Origin: Candidatus Jordarchaeia archaeon
Lineage (GTDB): Archaea > Asgardarchaeota > Jordiarchaeia > Jordiarchaeales > Jordiarchaeaceae
DNA: 40,287 nt
Assembly: GCA_029856435.1 (NCBI GenBank)
Contig: JAHQXB010000100.1
Coordinates: forward strand, 1 to 40,287
Direction of reading: 5' to 3'
In this document: in pieces, positions 37,052 to 40,287 of the stretch
Layout: each line of letters opens with the position of its first letter
Numbering within the stretch: the stretch's first letter is position 1
The notes under the pieces: generated by a model
What the model was told of the DNA's origin: nothing
Seen by the model: the letters and a program-made list of their open reading frames with translations, nothing else
The model's database searches: none
Position numbers and translations under genes: made by a program

Positions 37052-37348
37052 CTATTTAAAAGATTTGCGTATTTTTTTAATTTTATAAACATTTTTAATG
37101 CGATCTTCAGGTCGTCCGACGATTTCTTTGCCTTCAACTTCTATTTTAACACCGTTGGGGGATGTGAATTCAAATGTAGACACATTTTTCGGAATTTTTT
37201 TTATTCCATTACCTTCAATTATAATCATATTCTTTGTTTCATCTATTACCGTTCCGCTTATTAGATAACCTTTATGTGTACTTTTAGTGACTTTGACGGG
37301 CAACCCTATTAATTCATGACATATTATGTTTTCCTTAGTTATTTTCAT
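37052..37348 (-). CDS. rnp1: Ribonuclease P protein component 1 (Rpp29/Pop4)
   Basis: HELIGL, VIDETKN and RPEDRIK motifs; start uncertain (37348/37369/37393). Confidence 0.9.
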   Translation of the reverse strand: MKITKENIICHELIGLPVKVTKSTHKGYLISGTVIDETKNMIIIEGNGIKKIPKNVSTFEFTSPNGVKIEVEGKEIVGRPEDRIKNVYKIKKIRKSFK

Positions 37349-37405
37349 TCTATTTCTAGTAAGTTTCATATTTTTTTGTTTAACGTGTTGCATTTATAAC
37401 AGTAG

Positions 37406-37624
37406 CTATTCTTCTGTTTTAGAACCTTTTTTACGCTCATTAATGACAGTAAGAATTCTTGCTATTGTTTTTCTAATTTCTTTAATTCTGCCGGGATTTT
37501 CAATAGCCCCACCTGAGGCTTGTAAAGCCCTCTGTTCTAATAGCTCTGATCTATACTCTTCCAATTTTTTTTCCATCTCTTCCATATTCCATTTTCTTAT
37601 ATCCTTTATTCTAACTATAGGCAT
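37406..37624 (-). CDS. rpl29: 50S ribosomal protein L29 (uL29)
   Basis: ENPGRIKEIRKTIARILT motif. Confidence 0.97.
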   Translation of the reverse strand: MPIVRIKDIRKWNMEEMEKKLEEYRSELLEQRALQASGGAIENPGRIKEIRKTIARILTVINERKKGSKTEE

Positions 37625-37656
37625 AGCCTTCTCCCAACTTTCATTTTAGGTAGTCT

Positions 37657-38310
37657 TTAAGCCTCCTCTTTCTCCCCCTCTTCCTTTTCCTCTTTTAGAC
37701 TGATATCTTGGGACTTTGGCTCCAAGATTTCTATGTCGTCAGGGAGATGCGCATTAGGAAGCATTATTTTAACATGCACCCCGGTTATTCCCGGCTTACT
37801 CAGAGAGTGAACCACGGCGTCATCGACGAATCGAACTGCAGGCTCTCCTGTTTTTGAAACAAACCCGTCTCTGAACTTTTGATATTTTGCACGTTGGCTT
37901 GTGAGTTTTCCACTAATCTTTATTTCGACGCCCTTTGCACCAGCCGCCATAACTCTCCTCATAATAGAATACGCAGCCCTTCTAAAGTGAATCCCTCTCT
38001 CAAGTGCAGATGCTAAACGCGACGCCATCACACGGGCACTAAGCTCTGGAGTTTCAATCTCGTTGACTTCAATCTGGGGATTCTCCAGTCCAAATCTAGT
38101 TTCCAAAGCTTCAGTAAGATCCCTCACAGTGCGCCCTCTTTTTCCAATAACTAAACCTGGACGCGCTGCATAAATTATTACTCTAGTTCCAAGTGCGGTT
38201 TTTTGGATATCAACCTTTTCGTACCCTGCCTTCTTGAGCTCCTCAGCTAAGTAATCATCTATTTCGGCCCTTCTTACTCCCTTTTCAATAAATTGATCCT
38301 TTGCTGGCAT
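37657..38310 (-). CDS. rps3: 30S ribosomal protein S3 (uS3)
   Basis: ARPGLVIGKRG KH motif and GAKGVEIKISGK. Confidence 0.98.
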   Translation of the reverse strand: MPAKDQFIEKGVRRAEIDDYLAEELKKAGYEKVDIQKTALGTRVIIYAARPGLVIGKRGRTVRDLTEALETRFGLENPQIEVNEIETPELSARVMASRLASALERGIHFRRAAYSIMRRVMAAGAKGVEIKISGKLTSQRAKYQKFRDGFVSKTGEPAVRFVDDAVVHSLSKPGITGVHVKIMLPNAHLPDDIEILEPKSQDISLKEEKEEGEKEEA

Positions 38311-38331
38311 TTGTACACTCCTTCCGTTTCT

Positions 38332-38808
38332 TTACTCCACAGATATCCTTTCTTCTTCGACAACAATTTCCACGTGGGTTAAATTTCTATATTTTGCTGA
38401 GGATCTTCCAAAAGCACGCGGCATAGCCCGCTTGATTATGCGTCCACGTTGGGCTGCTGCATGAATGATGCGTAAACTATCAGCATCCATACCTTTGTAT
38501 GTGGCGGTAGCCTCAACATTATCAAGAACTTTTAATATGGCGCGGGCCGCCTTTACTGGGTAGCCACCACTATGCCATTTATGAAGACCCTTATGGTGCG
38601 CCCTAAGTTTATTATGCCTCTTATATGGAACCATCTGCCTCATGTCTATGACGGCTTCCAGAAACTCCTTGGCTTCATATAGCATCTTTCCTTTTATACT
38701 ATGACAAATCTCACGAGCATGTTTTGGTGAAATTCGAAGATCGCGCCCACTACCCTTAGCAGTACGCGCAGGATCTAATCCGAACACTGAATATCCAAAG
38801 TTGGGCAT
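38332..38808 (-). CDS. rpl22: 50S ribosomal protein L22 (uL22)
   Basis: ISPKHAREIC, GYPVKAA and MPRAFGR motifs. Confidence 0.97.
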   Translation of the reverse strand: MPNFGYSVFGLDPARTAKGSGRDLRISPKHAREICHSIKGKMLYEAKEFLEAVIDMRQMVPYKRHNKLRAHHKGLHKWHSGGYPVKAARAILKVLDNVEATATYKGMDADSLRIIHAAAQRGRIIKRAMPRAFGRSSAKYRNLTHVEIVVEEERISVE

Positions 38809-38951
38809 CTGCACACGTCCTATAAACTTTATTTTATGTGAGTTATTACCAAATTAAGATACGTATAAAAACATTTTGCTCTTTAACAGTTAGATACGTT
38901 ACAAAATTCGGATTTTAAAAGTTAACCCCAATTCCCTCACCCATGTTTCCC

Positions 38952-39024
38952 ATGAAAAAAGCTTTTTTCATACTTTATCTGAACCATGTAAGCATATGAA
39001 CCTTCCTATGAAAAACATTTTCAT
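38952..39024. repeat. Composite repeat copy A: two ATGAAAA..TTTTCAT palindromes with conserved spacer
   Basis: Perfect 20-bp palindrome 38952-38971; second palindrome 39008-39024; spacer CTTTATCT..TGTAAGCATATG. Confidence 0.6.
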
Positions 39025-39433
39025 AATTATTAATATGCTTCAGTTAATACAAGCTTTTTTATGCATAAAACTTACTTTTCAGAACTCAATTTAGCAATTA
39101 TTACTAAATCCAATAGCATTATTACTAAATCTAAAAAAACTTTCTAGAATTAATAGTATAACGGGGGGACCTCTCCAACTAGAGGATTCATTTTACAAAT
39201 GATTATTCCCTACACTCTATTTTTTTCTCCTCTTTTTCCCCAAAAAAGCTTCTTAGAAGACCCTTATCAGAAGAAAACGTTAACCCGTAGTTCGGGTGCC
39301 AGCTAGTTGAAATAAACTGATGAAACAGAAACACACCAAAGACTTTTTTATACATAATCCAAATTAATTTATAGTCTAATATGTATTAACTCTTAACTTA
39401 ACACGTCAAAAATAGTTATGGAGGATGTATAAT

Positions 39434-39865
39434 TTGAGCAGCATTGCAATAGGTGAATTTTTCAAGGAGCTCTCAGCTCTTCTTGGATCACGTATTGAAG
39501 TTAACACAGATATCGGAAAATCTTACAGCGGCATACTTAAAGGGTTTGATAGAAACACGCTAAGCATAGTCCTAGCGGAAGCTAAAGATAACCAAGGAAA
39601 CTTCTATCATCGTATATTCATACGGGGCGAGAAAATAAACGAAATAGTAAAAGCCGAGGAGCCGTTTGACATAAAGGGGCTCTACCTCGAGCTACAAAAA
39701 ATTTTCCCCCCAGGCGAAGTAGAATTTTTCGAAGATAGCCGGATAATACTTGTTCTAAAGAAGGTAAGAGTAACCGAAGACGGAGTCGAAGGAGAAGGAC
39801 CATTAGCCGATAGGATAAGACAAGTATACGACAAATACATTTTAGAGCAAAAAACAGAGAAATAA
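39434..39865 (+). CDS. Augmented Sm-like protein SmAP3 (Sm domain + Lsm C-terminal domain)
   Basis: Sm1/Sm2 motifs GKSYSGILKGFD and IFIRGEKI, followed by VRVTEDGVEGEGPLADRI; TTG start after GGAGG (or ATG 39425). Confidence 0.88.
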   Translation: MSSIAIGEFFKELSALLGSRIEVNTDIGKSYSGILKGFDRNTLSIVLAEAKDNQGNFYHRIFIRGEKINEIVKAEEPFDIKGLYLELQKIFPPGEVEFFEDSRIILVLKKVRVTEDGVEGEGPLADRIRQVYDKYILEQKTEK

Positions 39866-39977
39866 CCCAACCACTTTTTCATTCTTACAATAAGGATTTA
39901 TCCCCAAGGCGGGTACAGCTTACACTATCCACACTCAATTTCACCATGGAAAGGTATGAACAAATGTGTGTATTGCT

Positions 39978-40061
39978 ATGAAAAATCTTTAGGTTTTCAT
40001 CCTTTATCTAAAAAGTGTAAGCTTATGTACGTTTACCATGAAAAAAACTTTAGATTTTCAT
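39978..40061. repeat. Composite repeat copy B
   Basis: ATGAAAAATCTTTAGGTTTTCAT-CCTTTATCT..TGTAAGCTTATG..ATGAAAAAAACTTTAGATTTTCAT. Confidence 0.6.
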
Positions 40062-40287
40062 CTTTTGTCTAAAGCGCTTTATCGTATGAGCCTTTAGCTT
40101 ATGAGAGGCAATCTTGGGGGAGTATTTCTCCTTTTTTCGAAAAGCTCTATTTGGGCCCTTTTCCCCAAGCTGCGGGTGTGCGTCGAAAAAGTTAAAAATG
40201 GTCTCTTTCTGGCGTTGGAACCGCGTTATTCCTTCTTTGATCACTAGAGCTAAATACACCCATATGTTTAGGTAGCACTCCCTTCTG

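Noticed and set aside
220-38000. Many antisense or overlapping ORFs in the track (e.g. 220-543, 1548-1931, 4996-5592, 17950-18504, 32496-32774)
   Set aside because: They lie wholly opposite well-conserved genes and have no recognisable motifs; they are shadow ORFs.
39160-39186. Origin recognition box (ORB)
   Set aside because: The G-string is on the wrong side of a poor TCCA/TGGA dyad, it is single-copy, and there is no cdc6/orc1 gene in the window.
39317-39335. Hammerhead-like core CTGATGA...GAAA
   Set aside because: Only 4 nt (AACA) lie between the motifs, so stem II cannot form, and stems I/III are not evident.
38952-40061. CRISPR array
   Set aside because: Repeats are degenerate, only two per cluster, variable in length, and no cas genes are present.
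40050-40259. 69-aa minus-strand ORF at the window end
   Set aside because: No recognisable motif or SD; it overlaps the repeat element.

Overview
Archaeal genome segment (TACK/Asgard-like gene content; the lineage cannot be fixed from this window). It holds most of the ribosomal/RNA-polymerase supercluster: S12-S7; rpoA1-rpoA2-L30e-nusA; L22 to L15-secY-adk-DUF106-L34e-cmk-L14e-cbf5; S13-S4-S11-rpoD-L18e-L13-S9-rpoN-S2. It also contains glmS, gatDE, elp3, L7Ae, a mevalonate block (mvk, ipk, type-1 idi), hsp20 and SmAP3. The main signal is dense bulge-helix-bulge (BHB) intron content, six introns in about 11.5 kb. (1) gatE is interrupted by a 30-nt stop-containing BHB/BHL intron (11339-11368), an mRNA intron I do not know from any described case. 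(2) cbf5 has a 31-nt perfect BHB intron at the catalytic Asp codon (22783-22813). (3) A tRNA-Ser(GGA) missing from the ORF track (21745-21917) appears to carry four introns (D-loop, 29/30, 37/38, 59/60), two of which share a 10-nt motif. Secondary signals: in-place inversions of S12-S7, L6 and probably tRNA-Ser; a coiled-coil protein with a possible Vps28-like four-helix C-terminus; L32e with a C-terminal acidic/HhH extension; probable near-cognate start codons (ACG for rps4); a duplicated 22-bp promoter; and a composite palindromic repeat flanking SmAP3. All calls are by eye and need computational or experimental confirmation.
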